Positions 8,738 through 16,845 are shown, counted from the stretch's first letter. The stretch is 24,000 nucleotides of DNA from Pseudomonadota bacterium (GCA_036128855.1 JAYYPW010000008.1:288571-312570); one strand, 5' to 3'. Numbers and translations are program-made. Notes: a model not told the origin generated them from the sequence alone.

Positions 8738-8883
8738 TCAAAAAAGGGGACTTACCACATAAACCATGTTTACAGTGTGGACGTCCTTTTGCATGGCGAA
8801 AAAAATGGAAAAGATGCTGGGCGCAAGTACGTTTTTGTAGTGAGTCTTGCAAGCGTCAGGCTAAGAAAGAAAATCGTAAGTAG
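8734..8883 (+). CDS. DUF2256-family small zinc-ribbon protein (49 aa)
   Basis: My own translation gives MIKKGDLPHKPCLQCGRPFAWRKKWKRCWAQVRFCSESCKRQAKKENRK*, which matches the DUF2256 pattern C-x2-C-G-R-P-F-x-W-R-K-K-W...C-S-x2-C. Its ATG (8734-8736) overlaps the mpl TGA (8735-8737) as ATGA. It is below the size cut-off of the supplied track. Confidence 0.8.
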   Translation: MIKKGDLPHKPCLQCGRPFAWRKKWKRCWAQVRFCSESCKRQAKKENRK

Positions 8884-9187
8884 ATCATCCCAGGATATGC
8901 TGATAAATATTGCACAGGGTGCGATGCTAGGGAAGAACATAGTATTTAGTATTTTTGTAACTAATGTGGTTTTTAAGATGCATTGTATCGGACATATAAA
9001 ACTAAATTAAGTGGAAAGAAAAGATTGTTCGAAGTTTTAACCGAGAAAAATTGATATTAGGAAGAAATGGATAAAAAAATAATTCAACTCGAAAGAAAAA
9101 TGAGGTTGTATTATAGTAGCTGTGTGTAGCTCAAGTTTTATCTAAAGAATTTGAGCAATTTTAACAAGTTAAATACAGTTATAAATC

Positions 9188-9514
9188 ATGCATCCATATA
9201 TTATTTTGTCCGTAGCGATAGCCTTTGAAGTTTTTGGGACTATGCTATTACCATTATCAAAAAGTTTCACGTTACCTCTACCAACAGCTTGTATATTAGT
9301 CGCTTATGGAATGTCGTTTTATTGTCTTTCTATAGTCGCAGCTAAGATGCCGTTAGCTGTTTTGTACACAACATGGGCAGGGTGTGGTGTATTTTCTATA
9401 GCTCTACTCAGTTATTTGATATATGGTCAAGAACTAAATTGGCAAGTTATTTTAGGATTATGCTTGATTACAATCGGGGTAACCTTAGTCAATATTTTTA
9501 AAGTATACAATTAG
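9188..9514 (+). CDS. SMR-family small multidrug/quaternary-cation exporter (EmrE-like)
   Basis: 108 aa with four TM segments. The essential TM1 glutamate context AIAFEVFGT and the Y-x-x-W-x-G block (LYTTWAGCG) align with E. coli EmrE along the whole length. Confidence 0.85.
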   Translation: MHPYIILSVAIAFEVFGTMLLPLSKSFTLPLPTACILVAYGMSFYCLSIVAAKMPLAVLYTTWAGCGVFSIALLSYLIYGQELNWQVILGLCLITIGVTLVNIFKVYN

Positions 9515-9846
9515 CTGGCACGACTTGGCGCGCTATTTTCACCCTAAAAAGCATATTGTGGGAGCATCAAAGAGTTTCTGTTGGTAGTATCTATATTTTC
9601 AATAGCGTTCGTAATAGGGATAGCAAGCATATTTACCCTCTACACTGCTTTAAGTTTTCTATGAGCAAAATAGATTATAAGCTCACAATGATATCCCATT
9701 TATACTTTGCAGCAAGAAGTTGAACAATTGCAGCGCTGTGTGGCATATAAACTAGTCAACTAATTATTTACTGCATGTGTGGAATACAAAAGTATTATCA
9801 GGCGTAATTTCAGAGAGAAGATTGCTAAAAATAAAGATTCTTAAAA

Positions 9847-10515
9847 CTACCAGCCTGGTTTATTAGCTGCACTACCAAAAAGGTGTGTTATTTTAGGTTC
9901 TTGTTTCTGTCCACATTTAACATTGAGAAGACAGATTGGATTCCTTTTTCGTTGTGGTTGATTCTTTAGGACAGGCTGAAAGCAAGGGGCAATTACTGGT
10001 GTTTGGTATACATCGCGCTCAAGACTGGCATAGACTTTACGGCAGCCATAGGGTAAGAATGTTGCACCAAGAAGATTGCACATGAGCATACCGATCCAGG
10101 CAAAAGGTTTAGCGATCAGGCTAATTAGGAGTTTGCTCGCGAGATGTAAAAAATCAATAAATCCCTGAAATTTAAACATGGTCAAGTTAAATAAAGCACA
10201 TACAATACATGCACTAAGACAAAAAATATCTCTAATCATCATCAAGGGAACACCAATCGCATGGATAGTTAGATCCGCAAGAAGTAAAAGCCCGTGTTTG
10301 GTGCGTACCATACCGGTACTTTCGTTAATATATAGTTGTGCTGTCTGTTTATCAACTAGGTAAGAATAAGCATATCTTACGCCACCAGACTGATGTGTAT
10401 ATGTATAAGGTAGCCAAAGAGAAAACGGGTTATAGTTTGATGGTGAAATCCATTCAGATATATCGCAAAGATAGTGGTAGAACCTGGAAGTCTTATAAGA
10501 GTTTTTTGTAGACAT
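9847..10515 (-). CDS. Hypothetical polytopic membrane protein (orphan)
   Basis: 222-aa ORF with an ATG start. A central hydrophobic block (HGLLLLADLTIHAIGVPLMMI, IFCLSACIVCALFNLTMF, LISLIAKPFAWIGMLMCNLLGATFL) is flanked by polar N- and C-terminal regions. No family recognised. Confidence 0.55.
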   Translation of the reverse strand: MSTKNSYKTSRFYHYLCDISEWISPSNYNPFSLWLPYTYTHQSGGVRYAYSYLVDKQTAQLYINESTGMVRTKHGLLLLADLTIHAIGVPLMMIRDIFCLSACIVCALFNLTMFKFQGFIDFLHLASKLLISLIAKPFAWIGMLMCNLLGATFLPYGCRKVYASLERDVYQTPVIAPCFQPVLKNQPQRKRNPICLLNVKCGQKQEPKITHLFGSAANKPGW

Positions 10516-10648
10516 AACAAAAATGAATTATGATAATTTAATTATTATACAATTACTTACAATAAGGTTCAAGTAATTTTTAAGAAAATCATCATTGTAT
10601 AATGACAATATCAAAAGTATATTATAGTGTAGTTAACAATCATTCGGA

Positions 10649-11383
10649 ATGAATCATGCTCTACATAAACCTCGTAACTATATTCTTAAGATTTTACAAA
10701 ATTTGACAGCAATGATGATAAAAAACCCTTTAAAAAATAGTATTATTCAATACTTCAGTTTATCAGAGAAAGATGCAGAGCTATGGGTTGCCAGGCTACT
10801 AGACGATCCAGTATTAATAGCAAGCCAGAATGCGGATAGAATCTTCGATGCGCTTATTTTTCTACTAGGAAGACAAGCACAAAATAGAGGTCTGGAACAT
10901 CTACCAATAAAAAATAAAGAGGGACTTTTATGTGGTATTAGACTAGCTCAAAACGCACAAGCACAAAGTCGGTTGGTACCGCTTGATGAGAAGCACATGA
11001 AACAAGACAAAAATAAAATGACAGTCTCCTTAGCAAGTGGGTCTAAGCAGCTCAAGCTAGACATTCGAGAATACGCAAGCTCAATTAGGGCGCATAAAAT
11101 CGAAGATCAGCCTTGGTTTTATATACTAAATGAAATCTGCCCATACAACGACTATGATACATCCGGGTACAAGAGCGACAAGCAAAACTTAAGTTTACAA
11201 GAAGGGTTATTTAGTAAAAGTGATATAAGTAAGCCATTAGGTCAGATCACTGAGACAACTAGTAGCAAAAAACTCGGTAAAGAGTTTTTTTACCCTATGG
11301 ATCCCGATACGGATATCATGCCAGTTAAGTCCGATACAAGCTATGAAGATGAGCTTTCCCCCACTATGAAGGGGGCATGGTGA
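10649..11383 (+). CDS. Hypothetical soluble protein (orphan) with an acidic, Ser/Thr-rich C-terminus
   Basis: 244-aa ORF with an ATG start. It has no TM segment or signal peptide. The last 30 aa are YPMDPDTDIMPVKSDTSYEDELSPTMKGAW. No family recognised. Confidence 0.55.
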   Translation: MNHALHKPRNYILKILQNLTAMMIKNPLKNSIIQYFSLSEKDAELWVARLLDDPVLIASQNADRIFDALIFLLGRQAQNRGLEHLPIKNKEGLLCGIRLAQNAQAQSRLVPLDEKHMKQDKNKMTVSLASGSKQLKLDIREYASSIRAHKIEDQPWFYILNEICPYNDYDTSGYKSDKQNLSLQEGLFSKSDISKPLGQITETTSSKKLGKEFFYPMDPDTDIMPVKSDTSYEDELSPTMKGAW

Positions 11384-11733
11384 CGTACCTATTATGATCA
11401 GTATTGTATAGAGGTCTTGGTGATTATTGATAAAAATCAGATACTAATATTCTAGATGTAAGTGAGCTAAGTAATATAGAAGAAATAGCCTATTTATGTT
11501 TTAGAAAAAACTAAACGACAAAATTTCCACCCTTCAGTACGTTGCTTAACTAATACACAGCAATATTTTAGATACTTATCAATACCGGTAGAAAATACAC
11601 CAGCTCAGTATTTGAGGAACATAGGCAAAACTGTGCTAAGGATAGCAGCATAATTCTAAGCAATGGCAATCATATTACTTTGTACAACATAAGAAATGGG
11701 TTATGATTAATGTAAGAAATGGCCAGGAATAAT

Positions 11734-12726
11734 ATGAAGAAAGTTTTAGTAACAGGAGGAAGTGGGTTTATAGCCATGCATGTTATAGAACAATTGTGGG
11801 CTAAAAACTATGCAGTTGTAACCACTGTCCGGTCAGAAGAAAGAAAAAAAACCATGCTAGAGTTTGCCAAGCAGCACCAGAAGGACCTAAAAGTGGTATT
11901 AGCAGATTTATGTGAAGATAGTGGCTGGCAAGATGCTACGCATGGAGTAGACGTTGTTATCCATGCTGCTTCACCATTTCCAGATGAGCCAGTAAATGAT
12001 GAGAAAATACTAATAGAGCCAGCTCTAGAGGGAACAAAGCGAGTAATGCAGGCCGCAAGTAAGAATAAAGTGAAACGATTGGTCCTTGTATCATCTATCG
12101 CAGCAGTGGCGTTTGGCCGCAAAGATAAAAAAGATTTTACCAATGAGGACTGGTCTGATATTCATGGCGAAGGTATTGATGCATACCAAAAGAGTAAAAC
12201 ACTAGCTGAGCGATTCGCTTGGGATTTTATCAAGCAAGACGAACACAAGTCATTAGAGCTTGTCACCATAAACCCTGGATTAGTTTTAGGGCCAATTTTG
12301 GGAACGCGGGTTAGCTCATCGAATAAAATCATTCAAAAAATGATACGAGGAGAGTATCCAGGTTCTCCAAACATCCAAGTGGCAATTGTGGACGTCAGGG
12401 ATGTGGCTGTGGTTTTAACCGCAGCAATATCTAGTAAAAACATAGTTGGTCAGAGGTTATTATTAGCAGACAAGAATTATTGGATCAAAGATATTGCTCA
12501 GATACTAGCAAAACACGGTTACGATAAAGTTGCAACGCGGCAGTTACCAGATTGGATTTTCTGGGTGCTAAGTTTAGTAGATAGAAAAATAAAACAAGTG
12601 TGTATCTATTTAGGCATGGAGAAACATTATGATTGCCAGCCAGCAAAAAAACTATTGCACTGGCGGCCAACTGATGGGCAGAAAACCATCTTAGCCGCAG
12701 CAAAAGATATTGCAAAAAAAACTTGA
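11734..12726 (+). CDS. NAD(P)-dependent epimerase/dehydratase-family reductase (extended SDR, aldehyde or dihydroflavonol-reductase-like)
   Basis: Rossmann motif VLVTGGSGFIAMHV and catalytic Y-x-x-x-K (YQKSK). The track start is 11719. I prefer ATG 11734, which has AGGA 5 nt upstream and gives the typical MKKVLVTGG N-terminus. Confidence 0.8.
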   Translation: MKKVLVTGGSGFIAMHVIEQLWAKNYAVVTTVRSEERKKTMLEFAKQHQKDLKVVLADLCEDSGWQDATHGVDVVIHAASPFPDEPVNDEKILIEPALEGTKRVMQAASKNKVKRLVLVSSIAAVAFGRKDKKDFTNEDWSDIHGEGIDAYQKSKTLAERFAWDFIKQDEHKSLELVTINPGLVLGPILGTRVSSSNKIIQKMIRGEYPGSPNIQVAIVDVRDVAVVLTAAISSKNIVGQRLLLADKNYWIKDIAQILAKHGYDKVATRQLPDWIFWVLSLVDRKIKQVCIYLGMEKHYDCQPAKKLLHWRPTDGQKTILAAAKDIAKKT

Positions 12727-12777
12727 AAGTAAGATTTTACCGTGTTTTGATAATATATCCTTCACTGAACAGCTGAT

Positions 12778-13254
12778 ATGAAAAAATTAAGCCAAAACAA
12801 TATTTTACCTTTTTGTCTGACTTCTTTGCTGTTAATAGCGGGCTGTGATAACAGTCGTGATTCAGATAATGAGTCTGCCGGTAGACTACTTGGTGGTATA
12901 GCAGGGGCAGCGATCGCAAACGATCGTACTGATGGAGACCCTTTAGGAACAGTGATAGGTGCAATGGCAGGTAGTTACATTGGTGGTCAGATTGGTAGAG
13001 ATATTGATCAAAGTAATCGCGAGCGTATGGCCATAGTGCTTGAAAAGCAGCCATCCAATAAAACAAGCAAATGGATAGATCCTGATACGGGGGTTGTCTA
13101 CGAAATGAGGCCAGCAGCTGCCTACAGAAATAAACAAAGAATCTGTAGACCATTCACACTCAAACTACATGACCCAGATGGATCAGGAGCAGATTATATG
13201 CACAAAGGTATAGCATGCCGCGGCGATGATGGCACCTGGGAGGTTGTAAAGTAA
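12778..13254 (+). CDS. Outer-membrane lipoprotein, glycine-zipper / RT0821-Lpp0805-type surface antigen
   Basis: Lipobox LLLIAG|C. A glycine-zipper stretch (GGIAGAAIA...GAMAGSYIGGQIG) is followed by the C-terminal pattern W-x-D-P-x-T-G...C-R-P-F...G-x-A-C-R-x-x-D-G-x-W, as remembered for 17-kDa surface antigen-like proteins. Confidence 0.7.
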   Translation: MKKLSQNNILPFCLTSLLLIAGCDNSRDSDNESAGRLLGGIAGAAIANDRTDGDPLGTVIGAMAGSYIGGQIGRDIDQSNRERMAIVLEKQPSNKTSKWIDPDTGVVYEMRPAAAYRNKQRICRPFTLKLHDPDGSGADYMHKGIACRGDDGTWEVVK

Positions 13255-13324
13255 ATATTTCTAGTAGCGCGAGTATTTATAATCAAGCCATAAGTGAAAA
13301 CAACTACATAAAAGGATTCAGGCG

Positions 13325-14620
13325 ATGCGCGTTCAATTAAGTGGTGATGCACTCGTCTTTTTAGTTGGGTGCTCAGGATCTGGTAAATCGACCTTTTGCG
13401 AGACTTATTTTCAGCCGTCTCAAGTTGTTTCCTCAGATCAATGTAGAAAGCTAGTCTCGGATAGAGAAGAAGAGCAGCAAGCGACACAAGATGCCTTTAC
13501 CATTCTTTACCAAATAGTTGAGAAAAGAATACGGCGAGGTTTATTTACGGTAATAGATGCAACAAACTTAGAAAAATCGGTAATACAGAAAATCAAAAAG
13601 TATGCAGAGGTTTTTAAAAGGAGTTTACATGCATTTGTTTTCTCACTGCCACTAGAGCAATGTTTGACGTGGAATAACAAAAGACCGAAGCGACAAGTTG
13701 TATCGGAGGTAATTTATCGTCAGCATAAAGCACAGCAAAACGCACTGGAATATATTATCGCAGAAGAGATTACGCACACAGTACTTACGAGCGTTGATGC
13801 GATAAATGCAATAGAAATTGAAGTCAAGGGTACACAAATCTACACCCAAGCAGAAAAGCACATTATCGATGACGGGCCCTTTGATATCATTGGAGATGTA
13901 CATGGGTGTTTGGATGAGTTAAATGATCTACTTAGTAAGCTAGGCTATGTAATAAATAGGCAAGATGGATGTGAACATATGCATCATCCGCAGCGAAGAA
14001 AAGTGATTTTTGTGGGAGATCTTGTGGATAGGGGGCCCAATTCGGTCGGGGTGATTAATTTAGTACGTCAAGCGGTAGCAGATGGTGTTGCTTATGCAAT
14101 TTTAGGCAACCATGATGAAAAATTGAAAAAAAAGCTCAGAGGTAAAAAGGTAAAAGTGCGGCATGGGCTCGAGACCACGCTAGCTGAGTTAGAGCGAGTA
14201 CCCGAGTCTGAAAGGCAGTCGATACTCAATTTCTTAGTGGGCTTACCTTATTACAGTATTTTTGCAGGGGGGAAGTTGGTCGTTGCACATGCGGGGATAC
14301 TAGAAAAAGACATCGGTGAAATATCGGATCGGATTAAGCGTTTTTGTTTATACGGTGATATAACCGGTAAAACCAACGAATTTGGTTTTCCGATAAGAGG
14401 GAATTGGGCCAAGACATACCAAGGGGAAGGCCTTATTGTGTATGGTCATACGCCAGTAAGGCAGGTACATTGGGAGAATAATAGTGTAAATATTGACACG
14501 GCCTGTGTTTTTGGAGGGGCACTTACAGCATTGCAATACCCAGAAAAAAAGTGTGTGTCAGTCAATGCACATGCGAGCTATGCTGAAGATATACGTTCCA
14601 AATCCGCGGACCAGTCTTAA
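13325..14620 (+). CDS. Polynucleotide kinase-phosphatase (Pnkp-like); P-loop kinase plus calcineurin-type metallophosphatase, no ligase domain
   Basis: N-terminal P-loop GCSGSGKST, then SSDQCR and IDATN, which are the kinase motifs of bacterial Pnkp. The C-terminal half has metallophosphoesterase motifs GDVHGC, GDLVDRGP, GNHD, VAHAG and GHTP. AGGA lies upstream of the ATG. Confidence 0.8.
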   Translation: MRVQLSGDALVFLVGCSGSGKSTFCETYFQPSQVVSSDQCRKLVSDREEEQQATQDAFTILYQIVEKRIRRGLFTVIDATNLEKSVIQKIKKYAEVFKRSLHAFVFSLPLEQCLTWNNKRPKRQVVSEVIYRQHKAQQNALEYIIAEEITHTVLTSVDAINAIEIEVKGTQIYTQAEKHIIDDGPFDIIGDVHGCLDELNDLLSKLGYVINRQDGCEHMHHPQRRKVIFVGDLVDRGPNSVGVINLVRQAVADGVAYAILGNHDEKLKKKLRGKKVKVRHGLETTLAELERVPESERQSILNFLVGLPYYSIFAGGKLVVAHAGILEKDIGEISDRIKRFCLYGDITGKTNEFGFPIRGNWAKTYQGEGLIVYGHTPVRQVHWENNSVNIDTACVFGGALTALQYPEKKCVSVNAHASYAEDIRSKSADQS

Positions 14621-14632
14621 AGTCAAACCTAT

Positions 14633-14661
14633 CGGGTAAGGCTGACTTTTACATTTACCCG
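14633..14661 (+). terminator. Hairpin just after the Pnkp-like stop (weak terminator candidate)
   Basis: CGGGTAA (14633-14639) pairs with TTACCCG (14655-14661) across a 15-nt loop. It is followed by TTATAAAAA, so there is no clean U-tract. Confidence 0.3.
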
Positions 14662-14867
14662 TTATAAAAACATCAGTTAACAAAGTAGAAAATGAATACT
14701 ATTAGGTGATTGGCGCGAGTATGAGATTGCATTTTGTGGTGCATACAAAGCAGACAGGGGCAAAGTGTAAAATAAAAAGGCTGAGCAAGCACAATGATAG
14801 TTATAGAAACGTTTGACTATGGGAAATCCGCGTAGTAAGTTAAGATAACATTAACAGGAATTATACC

Positions 14868-16799
14868 ATGTGGTTACCAATCATTATTTGTAGTTTATTT
14901 ATGCAACCATTCGCACAAGAGCTTGAAGAAGTGGTAGTAACAGCAGAAAAAAGAGAGGAGTCTCCTCTAGATCTCCCTGTGTCAGTCTCATCTATAGATC
15001 TATCTACTATAGATCGAGTAGAAATTCTGCGAGGTCCCGCATCAGCAGTCTACGGCACGGATGCTGTAGCTGGAGTTAATAATATTAGTATAAGAGACAT
15101 AAGAGGCATGTCTGGCTCTATTAACTCAGTAGAGTCAGGAACTACATTGGTACCTCCCACTCTTTTTGATCTCGTGAATAGACCCTGGTTAGAATCAAAA
15201 TTTTTGGACGTAACGCGTATACAAGTTTTAAGAGGGCCTCAAGGAACACTCTACGGCAGGAATTCCAAAGGTGGAGTCATAAATCTGATCACAGAAAAGC
15301 CCTCTGATTCTGAATTATCAGCTAAGTATGATTCTAATTTCGGAGCTTCGACACAGTCGGGTACATCTGGCCAAGGTTTGAGTTATAATACAACGCGTGA
15401 GTTTGATAGCAACAATACGAAAATCAGATTCGAGCTTTTAGATAGGAATTTTGGTAACTACAACGTACCAAATGGAACATTTGCTGATAATGACATCGAA
15501 GTTAGAAACTCAGGTTTTGATAATACAACAGTATCTTTTGGTACGAATGTAGATATAAATGGGAAAAGTACCCTAATGATGGGGCAAAAGACCGATTATA
15601 GTTATGGCTTTCCTAGTTTCGTGGAGGGTCACGCAGAAGGATCTATAGAATCTTTATTGTTTCGGGGGGAGCTGGCAGCAGGAGAGTTACTTGATGCAAT
15701 CAATGTTGATGCCTACAACAACAAGATAACCAAAACCGAGCATTCTACTTCCACTGGATCTTTGACGAAGACATTATTTTTAACTGAGCAACGTGGGGTA
15801 GATATGTCCACAGGTTTTAGCAGTAATAATGTAGACCAGACTATATATTTTCGTTTTGTATCAGGCAACCAATCTATCACCAGCCCCAATACAGACGATC
15901 CTATGTCACTGGTAAAACTAGATGCTAACTTGTTTGGTTATAGTGCTAGTAGAGAGATGAATAATCTTATTGTGAATGTTGCGATGAGTTATGGAAGCAA
16001 CGATTATTCACCTGAGGGAACAGATGAAGTTGACTTTAACAGCACAAGCATCTCTACAAGCTTGAGCTACACTGTCTCTGATGAACTTTCTGCGACCCTA
16101 AGTCTTGCTTCTATCGAAAGAGCACCTTCTCCAGTAGAACTTTTTATGAACGGAGAAAATCATACGATTAATCGTATTATTGATGGTAATGCTAACCTTA
16201 AAAAAGAGAAAGACAAGCCGGCTATTCTAACACTCCAGTACGATCAAGGCACTATATATGGCTACGCTGCATACTTTCAAAATGATGTAGATAACTGTAT
16301 TTATTTACAAGATGAAAATGAGCATGAATTCTTATCCGTAACGGCAGCAGATGTCCTACAGAAAAATGCAACGTTCGAAGGCTATAAAGTGGAGCTAGGC
16401 CGAACCTTCAATGTTGCAGGCGGTGAACTAGGTGTAACACTTGGTCGAGATGCTATGACAGGTGAATTTACAGATGGAGCTAACGTTCCAAGGATAGTTC
16501 CTGCCAGGAATATATATAGTTTCACATATAGTGTTTTTGATATTAAATCAAATCTCACGCTCACCGATGTTGCAGCACAAAATGATGTTGCAACCAACGA
16601 AACAACCACAGCTGGCTTTAAAATGCTTGATTTTAGTATTAGAAAGGACTTCAAATTAAGCAGGGGATCTGATCTCGATGTAACTGTTTTCGGACGCAAT
16701 CTTCTAGACGAGGTAGCAAGAAATCATTCATCGTTCGTCAAGAACGAAGTACCACTGCCAGGTAGAAACTTTGGGTTGAAATTAAGCTTCAGCTTCTAA
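14868..16799 (+). CDS. TonB-dependent-receptor-like outer-membrane protein with an atypical plug
   Basis: Features are a short signal-like N-terminus (MWLPIIICSLFMQPFAQE), a TonB-box-like EEVVVTAEK, the plug signature RIQVLRGPQGTLYGRNSKGGVINLITEKP, a long Ser/Thr/Asn/Gly-rich beta-barrel region, and a C-terminal GRNFGLKLSFSF ending in Phe. An in-frame stop at 14841 fixes the start at 14868. Confidence 0.8.
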   Translation: MWLPIIICSLFMQPFAQELEEVVVTAEKREESPLDLPVSVSSIDLSTIDRVEILRGPASAVYGTDAVAGVNNISIRDIRGMSGSINSVESGTTLVPPTLFDLVNRPWLESKFLDVTRIQVLRGPQGTLYGRNSKGGVINLITEKPSDSELSAKYDSNFGASTQSGTSGQGLSYNTTREFDSNNTKIRFELLDRNFGNYNVPNGTFADNDIEVRNSGFDNTTVSFGTNVDINGKSTLMMGQKTDYSYGFPSFVEGHAEGSIESLLFRGELAAGELLDAINVDAYNNKITKTEHSTSTGSLTKTLFLTEQRGVDMSTGFSSNNVDQTIYFRFVSGNQSITSPNTDDPMSLVKLDANLFGYSASREMNNLIVNVAMSYGSNDYSPEGTDEVDFNSTSISTSLSYTVSDELSATLSLASIERAPSPVELFMNGENHTINRIIDGNANLKKEKDKPAILTLQYDQGTIYGYAAYFQNDVDNCIYLQDENEHEFLSVTAADVLQKNATFEGYKVELGRTFNVAGGELGVTLGRDAMTGEFTDGANVPRIVPARNIYSFTYSVFDIKSNLTLTDVAAQNDVATNETTTAGFKMLDFSIRKDFKLSRGSDLDVTVFGRNLLDEVARNHSSFVKNEVPLPGRNFGLKLSFSF

Positions 16800-16813
16800 T
16801 TTTAGGCTTTATT

Positions 16814-16845
16814 TACCTACAGCATCTACGTGGGTGCTGTAGGTA
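16814..16845. terminator. Perfect 11-bp-stem hairpin between convergent transcription units
   Basis: TACCTACAGCA (16814-16824) pairs perfectly with TGCTGTAGGTA (16835-16845) across a 10-nt loop. It lies 15 nt after the receptor stop and downstream of the minus-strand tRNA. There is no U-tract on either strand. Confidence 0.45.

Noticed and set aside
8777-9010. 77-aa ORF in the supplied track
   Set aside because: It overlaps the DUF2256 gene (8734-8883) in another frame. It has no recognisable motifs or SD, and its composition looks like translated non-coding AT-rich DNA. The DUF2256 frame has a clear family signature and is preferred.
8884-9187. Guanidine riboswitch (ykkC, mini-ykkC or ykkC-III) upstream of the SMR gene
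   Set aside because: SMR exporters are often controlled this way, so I looked for it. I found no paired ACGR-loop hairpins, no GGGA/ACGG conserved cores and no GC-rich stems. The spacer is AT-rich with only one modest hairpin.
12737-13153. 138-aa antisense ORF opposite the lipoprotein gene
   Set aside because: The plus-strand frame has a lipobox, a glycine zipper and a conserved C-terminal Cys/Trp pattern. The antisense product is Tyr/His/Leu/Gln-rich with no features. It is probably a shadow ORF.
14790-14808. Fur box upstream of the TonB-dependent-receptor-like gene
   Set aside because: The best candidate (around CACAATGATAGTTATAGAA) matches only about 11 of 19 positions of GATAATGATAATCATTATC by my hand alignment. 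That is too weak to call.
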